Shown: positions 17,999-26,374 of the stretch, piece after piece | How positions within the stretch are numbered: the stretch's first letter is position 1 | Layout: each line of letters starts with the position of its first letter | Program-made: the position numbers and the translations under genes | Source of the DNA: Sulfurimonadaceae bacterium | GTDB taxonomy: Bacteria > Campylobacterota > Campylobacteria > Campylobacterales > Sulfurimonadaceae | Direction: 5' to 3' | NCBI GenBank assembly: GCA_041562555.1 | Contig: JBFEXS010000006.1 | Coordinates: 1 to 36,912 of the forward strand | DNA: 36,912 nt | The notes under the pieces: generated by a model | What the model was told of the DNA's origin: nothing | What the model saw: the letters and a program-made list of their open reading frames with translations, nothing else | The model's database searches: none

Positions 17999-19448
17999 TG
18001 TAATATCCTTTGATTGTAGTGATGATATTATAGATTTCTTCGCTTTCAGATAAGATAAAATCGGTTTGAGAAGCTCTGGAGATAAGTTCAATCGGATCAA
18101 TAGCTTTAAAGTCATCTATAATCAGGATGATATAGCTGTTGTAAAGGCAGCTGAGATAAGAGAGGGGATAGATGCCGATACCTTCATCATATTGTGCATT
18201 ATCAAAGAGATAGGTGATAGGTGTGAAATAGGCGTCAATCTCGGCTTTGATCTTAAGAAGTTCATCGTTGTCTTGGACGACGATACTAATCTGTGATTGA
18301 GGGACCTCTTTGAGCAGTTTTTGCAGTGTAACGATGGTGTGCATATAAACATTTCCGTGGAGCAGTTTAAGGGAATGCTCGAGTGCCTCTACTTCCAGGC
18401 CTTCGCATGCAGCTTCGATCGCAGGTGAAAGACGAAAGCTCTTTGAGAATTTATAGCTGTGAAGATCACTAATCGGGTAATGATACGAGGCGAGTATGTG
18501 TCCATGTTTTGCTTTTAGGCCTTGTATGGCAGAGAGATCCACAGGACTTAGGTCATCACACACGATTAGATCAAATTTCTCTTTCTCACGCACGCGTTTT
18601 TGCAGTGTCTCATAGCTGCTGACCTGGATATCTGCAGGATTGAGTGCCCAATGTGCTTTTTCGATAAAAGAGAAGATAAGGGATTGAAGATGATGGACAT
18701 GACAGGCACGTTTACCAAATATCAAGAGGTTTAATTCAGGACTTTTCATCTTTTCATAAAGGGCTTTTGCGATTAAAATGGAACTTTTACCTGAACCCGG
18801 GACACCCTGGATCAAGGCATCGTCCTGAAGCGCAAGGTGAATGATTTCTCCTTGCTCATCGGTCATCGCTGCCTCCGTCTGGGAAACCAGCAGTTCGGCG
18901 AACAGGGCTTGTTTGATTGTGTCTATATCATAATGTGCATCTGGCTCGGGAAGAAGGATCTCTTTGTATCGCTTATCCGTATGATCATTGAAGATAACGG
19001 AGTTTTTCGGGATAAGTGTATGAAAACTCTCGTCTAAATAATCAAATTCACCCTCACTAAGATTAGGGCATACCAATATCGAACGAACAGGGGAAAGTTG
19101 CTTGTGATACAGATCGTCAAAACGTTGTTGGATGAGCTCTTTCAAGGTGTCTGTCTGTATATCTGCCTGGGAACAATTCTCATCGGCTGCACGTGCTTTG
19201 ACATTCTTGAGTGATGGTGCATCATGATCAAAGAAATGGAACAATACGACACCTGCAGAGGGATGGACCATCATATAGTCGATAAACTGTTGTCGTTTTT
19301 GACTGAAAATCGGCAGACCGTAGAAGAACTCAGCGCCATCTGCTTTAAAAAGTGTTTCCAGGTGCTGTATTTGCTTAGAGTGATCTGGGCTCTTGTCATC
19401 GGGTTTGGAAGAAAAGAGTTTAGAAAAAAAATTCAAGCTTTGCCCCAT
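17985..19448 (-). CDS. Degenerate NERD-like domain + superfamily 1 helicase-like P-loop protein
   Basis: MTDEQ (Q motif), IQGVPGSGKS Walker A, DLIVCDD Walker B-like, FSKSFR motif IV-like; N-terminal IDYMMVHPSAGVVLF is NERD-like. True start may be the TTG at 19436 (MNFFSKLF). Confidence 0.7.
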   Translation of the reverse strand: MGQSLNFFSKLFSSKPDDKSPDHSKQIQHLETLFKADGAEFFYGLPIFSQKRQQFIDYMMVHPSAGVVLFHFFDHDAPSLKNVKARAADENCSQADIQTDTLKELIQQRFDDLYHKQLSPVRSILVCPNLSEGEFDYLDESFHTLIPKNSVIFNDHTDKRYKEILLPEPDAHYDIDTIKQALFAELLVSQTEAAMTDEQGEIIHLALQDDALIQGVPGSGKSSILIAKALYEKMKSPELNLLIFGKRACHVHHLQSLIFSFIEKAHWALNPADIQVSSYETLQKRVREKEKFDLIVCDDLSPVDLSAIQGLKAKHGHILASYHYPISDLHSYKFSKSFRLSPAIEAACEGLEVEALEHSLKLLHGNVYMHTIVTLQKLLKEVPQSQISIVVQDNDELLKIKAEIDAYFTPITYLFDNAQYDEGIGIYPLSYLSCLYNSYIILIIDDFKAIDPIELISRASQTDFILSESEEIYNIITTIKGYYNEPH

Positions 19449-19526
19449 AGTGGAAGTAAATAGACTTTTTTAAATCTTAGGCTTGTAAACTTTAAAGAAA
19501 TCTAATGTGTCGAAGTGAGAGAAGGA

Positions 19527-19542
19527 TTCGGCCGAAGCCGAG
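19527..19542 (-). terminator. Hairpin terminator downstream of hup
   Basis: TCGGC-TTCG-GCCGA (cUUCGg tetraloop) ~10 nt after the stop, followed by a pyrimidine-rich run. Confidence 0.6.
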
Positions 19543-19551
19543 AAGGTAAAA

Positions 19552-19836
19552 TTATTTACCTGCAGCTACGCGATCTTTAAGACCTTTACCTGCTTTGAAT
19601 TTTGGAACCATCTTATCAGATGTAGTATAAGTTTTATTAGTTCCCGGAACTTTACCACTTTTACCTTTTTGAAGTGCAGATGCGAATGAACCAAAACCTA
19701 CAAGAGAAACATCTTCTTTAGCAACAAGTGCCTCAGTTACTGCCTCAGTGAATGCTTTGATCGCAGTTTCTGCTTCTACTTTAGTTTTGTAGTCGCCACT
19801 TTTTTGAACTAATTCAACGAATTGTGCTTTATTCAT
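19552..19836 (-). CDS. hup: DNA-binding protein HU
   Basis: MNKAQFV, VSLVGFGSF, PKFKAGKGLKD; the GKSGKVPGT arm resembles Helicobacter-type HU. Confidence 0.97.
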   Translation of the reverse strand: MNKAQFVELVQKSGDYKTKVEAETAIKAFTEAVTEALVAKEDVSLVGFGSFASALQKGKSGKVPGTNKTYTTSDKMVPKFKAGKGLKDRVAAGK

Positions 19837-19940
19837 CGTATACCCTCTGTGAGTTTAATATTTATGATTATAATTTATAGCTTAAATCTAAGCAATAAAT
19901 GAATCAACTGCGAATACTTTATAGCTTTTTAGCTTAAAGA

Positions 19941-20198
19941 TTACTTGGAACCCCTGTTTTTAGGGCGAAAATGCTTTAAAAGTTTATATTTTTCCATTTT
20001 AGCTTGTCTATGAAACATAATTTTTTTTGATTTTACGTAACGCAAGCCTAAGGGCAAGCCCTTTTTCGCAACCTGTGCTAAGCCGGAAAACAGTCGAGAG
20101 TTTTGTTCCTTGAGTTTTTCACTTAGACTCTGTTTTTCTCCCAGACATAAAAACACGTCATCCAATCCAATACGTTCGTGCTCAGTTAAACTACTCAA
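19941..20198 (-). CDS. Small basic hypothetical protein coupled to the XRE regulator gene
   Basis: TTG start overlaps the XRE stop (TTGA); AAGGA SD upstream; 85 aa with a Lys/Arg-rich C-terminus. Confidence 0.55.
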   Translation of the reverse strand: MSSLTEHERIGLDDVFLCLGEKQSLSEKLKEQNSRLFSGLAQVAKKGLPLGLRYVKSKKIMFHRQAKMEKYKLLKHFRPKNRGSK

Positions 20199-20440
20199 TG
20201 CTTATCCTTCAATCTATTTATCTTGCGTACAACTCTCACAATATCTTCATCTTCAAGTTCACCTAGCATCTCAAGCACTACGCGGGCAGCCTGGGGAGCG
20301 GAATTCCCAATCTTCCAGTCCTGATAGGTTCTCATGGAGACACCCATTTTATTGGCCATCTCCTTTTGGGAGATTTTTTTGCCCATGTGCTCGGATTCGA
20401 CGGCATTATGAAGAATATTGAATACATCAACCAAATCCAT
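20195..20440 (-). CDS. XRE/Cro-family helix-turn-helix regulator
   Basis: ISQKEMANKMGVSMRTYQDWKIGNSAP is a typical HTH_3 motif; 81 aa. Confidence 0.88.
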   Translation of the reverse strand: MDLVDVFNILHNAVESEHMGKKISQKEMANKMGVSMRTYQDWKIGNSAPQAARVVLEMLGELEDEDIVRVVRKINRLKDKH

Positions 20441-20471
20441 AGGAAAGAGTTTATAGAAACTAAGCTTAAAG

Positions 20472-20615
20472 TATACGGATATATGTATAAAAAATACAAA
20501 TTAAATATTAAAATATAATTTAATATGTATCATTTATGCATATTAAAGTGTTAAAATATCTTATTTATAGATAAATAATAAAATAATTTGTATAAATTAT
20601 ACGGTTTTCTGTGTA
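20472..20615. promoter_or_regulatory. Two operator-like pseudo-palindromes TATAC-N8-GTRTA
   Basis: TATACGGATATATGTATA (20472-20489) and TATACGGTTTTCTGTGTA (20598-20615) in the AT-rich region upstream of the XRE gene. Confidence 0.5.
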
Positions 20616-20714
20616 AAAATAAAATAGGAAATTGATGTAGATACTGAAAATTTTTGTGGATAAGAAAGATAAGGGTGGGAAATGAAAACAGTGAAAAGGA
20701 AAAAATGGAAGAGC

Positions 20715-22385
20715 TTAAAGCTCTATACTGACACCTACCGGTTCTAGGATAATCTTGTCATCACTTTTTTTAAGGTAGAAGGGCTCGAAGGTTTTTGCTT
20801 CCTTTGTCCTATAAATAAGTGCATTCTGTTTTTCAGGAATTGAGAACTCTATCGTATTCAATCCATTGACCGGTGCCATTATGGTCACAACAGCATCATA
20901 ATGGGAGAGTTTGATCTCTCGTATCTCCGCTTCTTTGTTATCAAGGGCCTCTTTGATCTGGGGAAGTTTTTCCAAAGAGTGTTTCTTTGCATCTTCGTAT
21001 TTCCAGACAAGGTCTTCGCGTTCCTCGTTTAGAAACTGCAGCTTGCTTTGCAGGATCGGGAGCTTACGGTAATCTATGATGAAATGGTTGTCCTCTCCCA
21101 GGACACGCTCAATAGTGATACTTTTGGAAGCAAAGACCTTGAGGTTGTGCTTAAGGGAATTGATAGTCACATGTTCGGCACAGACCTGGCCACCTAGGGC
21201 TGTATTGATCTTGGCATGTGTGGCATAGACTGTACCGCCTTCAAGGGAGTTGATCTCTGCCTTATGGCAGCGCAGCGTTCCCTTGTGCCGATTGATCTTT
21301 GCACTACGGGCAGTGATAAAGGCATCATTATGGGTAGCCCCATCGATCAAGATCTCTTTCGCTTCGACCCGGGATTTGGCACCAATATGCCCGGTTATGT
21401 GGATGGACTCAGAGACCAGTTCAACGCCTTCACCCACACTGTCTTTGGTTACATCCGTCTGTGAGATGATAACAGCGACCTCATTTTCCTCTTTTTTGGT
21501 TAGTTTACCCTCGACCTTTTTAAGGGTTTCCATCACGATCTTATTAGAGATGCTCAGAGTATTGTTCAGCGTGCTGACAAAACCTCTTTTCTTTGAGTAA
21601 TAACGGATCTCACTGCTGCTTTCTTGAATGTTGATACTCTTTCTATCTATCTGATATTCGATCTTGGCAAGATTATTGGTCTTGCCGTGGGAGATCCTTT
21701 GTCCCATGGCATTAAGTCCCGCGTCACCATATATCGGTTTGACATAGGTGATGATCAGTTCAGAGTCTTCGACCTCAGAAATTTTTTCGCCTTTACTCTT
21801 CTCTTTATAATGGTTGATCACTTTGCTCGGTTCTGAGATGACAGGATCGATTCCTTCGACAAGGAGTATGGAAGCCTCTTTATTGAAACCGTGCTTATAG
21901 ATTTCCGATACAAACTGTTTGAGATCTTTTAGCATAGCCGAAGAGAAAAGGTTTACGAGCATACGTTTGGATGCTTTGATCTTGTTGAGTTCATTATAGA
22001 GAAGTTTGAGCATCTCCTGTTCTGTGCAATCCTTGATTGGGAGAAGGGAATCCGTAGAGATGATAAGGATTGGAAGGGTAGAAAACTCTCCGAGTTCCAG
22101 ACGATACTTAAGGCTGAGGGCTTTTTTCTTACGGGCATGGATCTTGATCTTGTAGATCTGGATAAAACGTACATGGTCTTTTATGATCTTATCCGGCGAG
22201 TCATACTCTTTTTTGTAGTCCTCATGGTATTTGATAAAGGTGTCAAGATGGCAGCTGCGGAAATAGGTCTGCACGCCCAAAAGGGTGAAGTCCAGTTTCT
22301 CTATCGGATAGCCGTGTTTATCGGAATACTCTTTAAGAGCAAGGGGAATGTTCTTCGTATGGATAAGGGTTTTGTTCTCTGTCAC
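20715..22385 (-). CDS. fapA: Flagellar assembly protein A (FapA/DUF342 family)
   Basis: DFTLL, Y.KP..G..G.N..G, YYSKKRGFV, D.VGEG, I.G.IG, I.GATH, AKIN.HKG beta-helix repeats and a C-terminal coiled coil; GTG start. Confidence 0.8.
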   Translation of the reverse strand: MTENKTLIHTKNIPLALKEYSDKHGYPIEKLDFTLLGVQTYFRSCHLDTFIKYHEDYKKEYDSPDKIIKDHVRFIQIYKIKIHARKKKALSLKYRLELGEFSTLPILIISTDSLLPIKDCTEQEMLKLLYNELNKIKASKRMLVNLFSSAMLKDLKQFVSEIYKHGFNKEASILLVEGIDPVISEPSKVINHYKEKSKGEKISEVEDSELIITYVKPIYGDAGLNAMGQRISHGKTNNLAKIEYQIDRKSINIQESSSEIRYYSKKRGFVSTLNNTLSISNKIVMETLKKVEGKLTKKEENEVAVIISQTDVTKDSVGEGVELVSESIHITGHIGAKSRVEAKEILIDGATHNDAFITARSAKINRHKGTLRCHKAEINSLEGGTVYATHAKINTALGGQVCAEHVTINSLKHNLKVFASKSITIERVLGEDNHFIIDYRKLPILQSKLQFLNEEREDLVWKYEDAKKHSLEKLPQIKEALDNKEAEIREIKLSHYDAVVTIMAPVNGLNTIEFSIPEKQNALIYRTKEAKTFEPFYLKKSDDKIILEPVGVSIEL

Positions 22386-22392
22386 TTTGATC

Positions 22393-23112
22393 CTACTGCA
22401 ATGCTAATAGATCGCTATAATCGAAGCGCTCAAAATCAAGGTAGAAGAGACCGTTTTTGAGTAAAATACGTGAATCCACACCGAAAGCCTCTGCAAAACG
22501 GCGTTTGATTATTTTACGCTGGGCAGATTTCAAGCCTAAAGAACGCAAGTACTGTTTTAGCTCTACCGGAGCTTGTGACTCAGTGTCCAGATCTGCATCG
22601 ATGTTGGGTGCTTCGTTGGCTAAAGGGGTCTTTCTCACTTCGATTGCCTCAGTCGTTTCGGCCTGTCTTTGCAGGGCACTCTCTTGCAAGAGTTTCGTAT
22701 TGATGAGTTCCAGGATATTTTTGAGTTGGGCATCTTTGTCTGTATAGACCTTTTCAAGGCGAATACGCTCATCTTTCAAGAGCTGTTCTTTTTCACCTAT
22801 CAGACGATCAATCTTCGCTTCAAGTTCTTCGATCTTCATTTTGAGGTATTTGTTCTCTTTTTGATAAAGGTTGATTACTGTCGCTACCGTTGTCTTGGCT
22901 ACCGGTTTTTGCTGCGCCGGTGTTTCATATCCCCCTGCTGATTTGGCCGGAGCGATCTCGTCGTCCTTGAACGGGACCTGATGTTTTGGGACGACGATAT
23001 AAGTGGTGTCATTCTCGATAATGTAATTAAGACGGTTTCGTCTGAGACGGGATTGAACCATCTCGGGAGAGATACTATAGGCTTGTGCATACTCTTCAAT
23101 GGTAAAACGCAT
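22393..23112 (-). CDS. Hypothetical protein: N-terminal winged-HTH-like, central coiled coil, basic C-terminal domain
   Basis: TIEEYAQAYSISPEMVQSRLRR is a MerR/excisionase-like HTH; heptad region LYQKENKYLKMKIEELEAKIDRL; AAGGA SD before the ATG at 23112. Confidence 0.8.
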   Translation of the reverse strand: MRFTIEEYAQAYSISPEMVQSRLRRNRLNYIIENDTTYIVVPKHQVPFKDDEIAPAKSAGGYETPAQQKPVAKTTVATVINLYQKENKYLKMKIEELEAKIDRLIGEKEQLLKDERIRLEKVYTDKDAQLKNILELINTKLLQESALQRQAETTEAIEVRKTPLANEAPNIDADLDTESQAPVELKQYLRSLGLKSAQRKIIKRRFAEAFGVDSRILLKNGLFYLDFERFDYSDLLALQ

Positions 23113-23113
23113 A

Positions 23114-23779
23114 CTAGTCCTTGTCAATTAGAAGTGAGTTGAAATTAATATTAGGAGGATTGATGACACTCCCTTTTCTAAGCCAGACAAGATAACCTGC
23201 CCAACTGTTGTTATGTTTGTCTTTAAAGCTTTGCAGACGAGAACGCTTGAACTGCTGTTCGAGTAAAAGGGCCTCAAAGTCCGGATACAGGTCCAAAAAG
23301 TTTTTAAAAGACCCGTAGGCATCCTTTGAGATAAAGACCGTACTGATGGAGTAGTCCCTGTGTTCCAAATAGCGTGCACAGTGATTGAGCCCGTCACCGA
23401 TGTAGTTTGTGTGTCCTAAAATGTCTGTGAACTCGTAGATACGTCCGGTATGAACTGCAATGCGGGTTCCCTTGAAATAGGGAAGCTTTGCAGATATCAG
23501 TTCCGAGAAGTGATTAAAAGAGAGTGCTAAAATCGTACCAAACCCTTTCATCCTAGGACTTAAAATACAATAGAAGCCATCTCCCGTAGAGATAAAACCA
23601 AGTACCATCTGGGAAAGTTTCATGTCCGAGTTAGACAAAAGCTTCTCTAGCATACGTGTAAAGCTCATCGTCATATACTCGATGAGTTCAAGCTGTTGTC
23701 TGGATGTGAGTTGTGTGAAACTGATGATATCGACAAGTACAATGTCAGTATTGTAGTTGCGAGATGGTGCTTTTGCCAC
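23114..23779 (-). CDS. Stand-alone class III nucleotide cyclase-like protein
   Basis: VDIISFT (D17), TGDG (D67), RIAVHTG, GDGLNHCAR (N132, R136) and KDKH; GTG start with a GAGG SD. Confidence 0.85.
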   Translation of the reverse strand: MAKAPSRNYNTDIVLVDIISFTQLTSRQQLELIEYMTMSFTRMLEKLLSNSDMKLSQMVLGFISTGDGFYCILSPRMKGFGTILALSFNHFSELISAKLPYFKGTRIAVHTGRIYEFTDILGHTNYIGDGLNHCARYLEHRDYSISTVFISKDAYGSFKNFLDLYPDFEALLLEQQFKRSRLQSFKDKHNNSWAGYLVWLRKGSVINPPNINFNSLLIDKD

Positions 23780-23893
23780 GTACTGCCCTCGAGACTAATT
23801 TTGTAAATAATAGTATGTTTATCTATAAAAAGAACTAAAAGGATATAGATTTGTGCTAATATGGCCTAATTGAAACACGATAAGGAAATTTTG

Positions 23894-25381
23894 ATGAAAC
23901 GCAGAACGAAGATATTAGCTACGGTTGGTCCTTCAAGTCATGATGTACAGAGTTTGGAAAAATTGATTCGCGCGGGGGTAAATGTTTTTCGTCTGAACTT
24001 CTCCCACGGAAGTCATGAGGATCATGAAAAGGCCCTTAAAAACATTCGTACAGCAATGAGTAACTGCGGTTGGGTCGTTGGCGTTTTACAAGATATTTGC
24101 GGACCGAAAGTTCGGGTAGGTGCCTTAAAGGAAAACTTTAAACTCAAAGCAGGAGACAAGCTTGTCTTTATGCGCGAAGAGATCGAAGGATACCAAGAGT
24201 CTGAGGATAGATATGTCCTGAGCATCAATCAGCCTTCCATACTGGGTCTGATGAAAGAGGGCGAATATATCTATCTGTATGATGGACGTATCCGTGTGAA
24301 AGTAGATGAAGTCTCAGATGATGCCGTGATGGGAACTGTCGAGAATGAAGGTACATTGGCATCCAATAAGGGTGTGAACTTTCCCAATACCAAGATCAAT
24401 ATCAATGTGATTACGGAAAAAGACAAGGAAGATATGCTTTGGGGAATTAAAAACCAGGTCGATTTCATGGCGATCTCTTTTGTCCAGAACGCAGAGGATA
24501 TGCGAAAGGCCCGTGCAATCCTGGATGAGCATGGAGGCATGCAGGAACTCATCGCTAAGATAGAAAAATTTGACGCGGTAGAGAATATCGATGAGATACT
24601 GAAAGAGAGTGACGGCTTGATGGTCGCTCGCGGGGACCTCGGAATAGAAGTACCTTATTATACGGTGCCGACCATCCAAAAGACATTGATCAAAAAAGCG
24701 AATGCCGAGGCCAAGCCGGTGATAACAGCGACTCAGATGCTTCTGTCGATGACAGATAATGAAGTTGCTACCCGTGCAGAGATATCAGATGTCGCGAATG
24801 CCGTACTTGACGGGACGGACGCAGTAATGCTGTCTGAAGAGACGGCAATCGGGCAAAACCCTGCTTTGGCGGTAGAGACGATGTCCAACACAATTATTCA
24901 GGCAGAAACGGTATATCGCTACAACAAGTTGCATGAGTACCCTAACCGTGATGACAAAGATATCATCGATCTGGCGACAACGCATTTGGCAACGAAACTG
25001 GAGTCCAATGGTATCTTGGCGTTGACTACATCAGGCATGTCAGCCAAGAAGATGGCCAGATATCGTCCGAGTGTGGATATCCTGGCAATCACGCATAATG
25101 AAAAGATCGCCCGGCGATTGACCTTGGTGTGGGGTGTCGCACCCGCGTTTTCAGTACGCAAGAACAAGTTCGAGCTGATGGTGTCCGAGGTGATGAACAA
25201 GGGTCTTGATAGCGGATTTATCAAAAAAGAAAATACTTACATCATCACTGCAGGTGACCCTGTGGGTGTCCCGGGAACGACGAACAATATTCGCATCCTA
25301 AAAGAGCTCGAGATAGAATACTTCGCTTCGTTGAGCAACAAGAAGAAAAAGAAAGATGAAAAGGTGGCAACTCTATTTTAA
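23894..25381 (+). CDS. pyk: Pyruvate kinase
   Basis: RRTKILATVGP, RLNFSHG, GPKVR, IAKIE, MVARGDLG.E, ATQML.SM, RAE.SDVANA and DAVMLS.ETA motifs; AAGGA SD before 23894. Confidence 0.98.
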   Translation: MKRRTKILATVGPSSHDVQSLEKLIRAGVNVFRLNFSHGSHEDHEKALKNIRTAMSNCGWVVGVLQDICGPKVRVGALKENFKLKAGDKLVFMREEIEGYQESEDRYVLSINQPSILGLMKEGEYIYLYDGRIRVKVDEVSDDAVMGTVENEGTLASNKGVNFPNTKININVITEKDKEDMLWGIKNQVDFMAISFVQNAEDMRKARAILDEHGGMQELIAKIEKFDAVENIDEILKESDGLMVARGDLGIEVPYYTVPTIQKTLIKKANAEAKPVITATQMLLSMTDNEVATRAEISDVANAVLDGTDAVMLSEETAIGQNPALAVETMSNTIIQAETVYRYNKLHEYPNRDDKDIIDLATTHLATKLESNGILALTTSGMSAKKMARYRPSVDILAITHNEKIARRLTLVWGVAPAFSVRKNKFELMVSEVMNKGLDSGFIKKENTYIITAGDPVGVPGTTNNIRILKELEIEYFASLSNKKKKKDEKVATLF

Positions 25382-25482
25382 ATCCTTCAAACTTCATTTA
25401 TCTAAGAAGTGCTATGATGGTAGATATGATTAGGGCTGTATGGTCGCTTATCGCTGCTTCTTAGCCCGCTAAGGATGAGATA

Positions 25483-25806
25483 ATGGAACGTGAACTCTTA
25501 GAGATGTGTGGGTATAAAGATGACGAGAAAGGCCGCCAACTGGTCAGTGAAGTGAAGAGCAACTATCTCTGTTTTGATGAAGTGGTTGAAGCGCTGAGGG
25601 ATTTGAAGAACTTTTTGGATCATAGTGATTATTATCTCTCATTGCGCAGCGGGCATCATATGATCAAGATTAAAAACGATCTCCTGGATCAGGATGATTT
25701 TATCGCGCTGGATGCGGAGATCTTGGTCTGGGCGAATGAGCATAATATAGAGTTGCAGGAAGAACCGGGACAGATTTTAATTTTAGGGCGTCGATCAGAC
25801 GATTAG
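25483..25806 (+). CDS. Conserved hypothetical protein (107 aa) upstream of the pilus locus
   Basis: AAGGA SD; GY...IKIK...WA...I.L.....ILG pattern seen in small Campylobacterota proteins; function unknown. Confidence 0.75.
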   Translation: MERELLEMCGYKDDEKGRQLVSEVKSNYLCFDEVVEALRDLKNFLDHSDYYLSLRSGHHMIKIKNDLLDQDDFIALDAEILVWANEHNIELQEEPGQILILGRRSDD

Positions 25807-25825
25807 GGAGAGGACTATAAAACAG

Positions 25826-26362
25826 TTGATTGTAATGATGCTGATGGGGTTTGCGGTATTGCAGGCAAGGGATATTACCCCATTCATCGAAGACTTTAAA
25901 GCAAAGAAATATAATAAGATATGTGATAAAGGGGGAAGGCTTTTTTATGGAGGCTATAGAGATGAGAACTTTGTCTCATTGGTCGGTATATCCTGTGCGA
26001 AAGTGGACAGGATCAATATACTTGGGATGTTACAGCGCTCTTTGGTGGAAAGTCCCTCTTCACGTGAAAATGCTTCGTACTTTTCAACACTTATCCTGCA
26101 AAAGCGACTTATTTATCAATTTATGATTGACGACCTGGATCTAAAAAATCTTAGATTACCCGCATCAACGCATCTACTGTCACGTGTTTTTGAGCATTTG
26201 AGTGCAGGTCAATATGAACTGGTATCGAAGGATCCGAAACTGGTTGAGATCAATGCGAATGGACGAAGGATGATCCTTTCCGTCTCTGATGATACGCCTA
26301 GAAAAGTGTTGATCGATGAATTTACACCCACAGGTGAGTTAGAGCGTCACTGGTATCAGTAA
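25826..26362 (+). CDS. Hypothetical exported protein
   Basis: Hydrophobic N-terminus ending LQA (signal peptide), paired Cys, RENASYFSTLILQKRLIY block. Start is TTG 25826 or ATA 25817. Confidence 0.8.
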   Translation: MIVMMLMGFAVLQARDITPFIEDFKAKKYNKICDKGGRLFYGGYRDENFVSLVGISCAKVDRINILGMLQRSLVESPSSRENASYFSTLILQKRLIYQFMIDDLDLKNLRLPASTHLLSRVFEHLSAGQYELVSKDPKLVEINANGRRMILSVSDDTPRKVLIDEFTPTGELERHWYQ

Positions 26363-26374
26363 GGAGATGCATTG

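Noticed and set aside
19552..19836. HU arm sequence GKSGKVPGT instead of RTGRNPQTG
   Set aside because: Matches the known Helicobacter-type HU variant; lineage-typical rather than new.
20441..20714. AT-rich region as a replication origin or prophage/att site
   Set aside because: No cluster of DnaA boxes, no dnaA, integrase or tRNA nearby; better explained as a regulatory region.
23114..23779. Pycsar or other anti-phage system
   Set aside because: No adjacent cyclic-nucleotide-binding TM or TIR effector, and the context is housekeeping. Kept instead as a non-canonical cyclase finding.
25409..25482. c-di-GMP riboswitch in the leader upstream of the pilus region
   Set aside because: Only a modest GGGCT/AGCCC stem; no GEMM consensus (GGCAAA...GAAA tetraloop...GACGCAAAGC).
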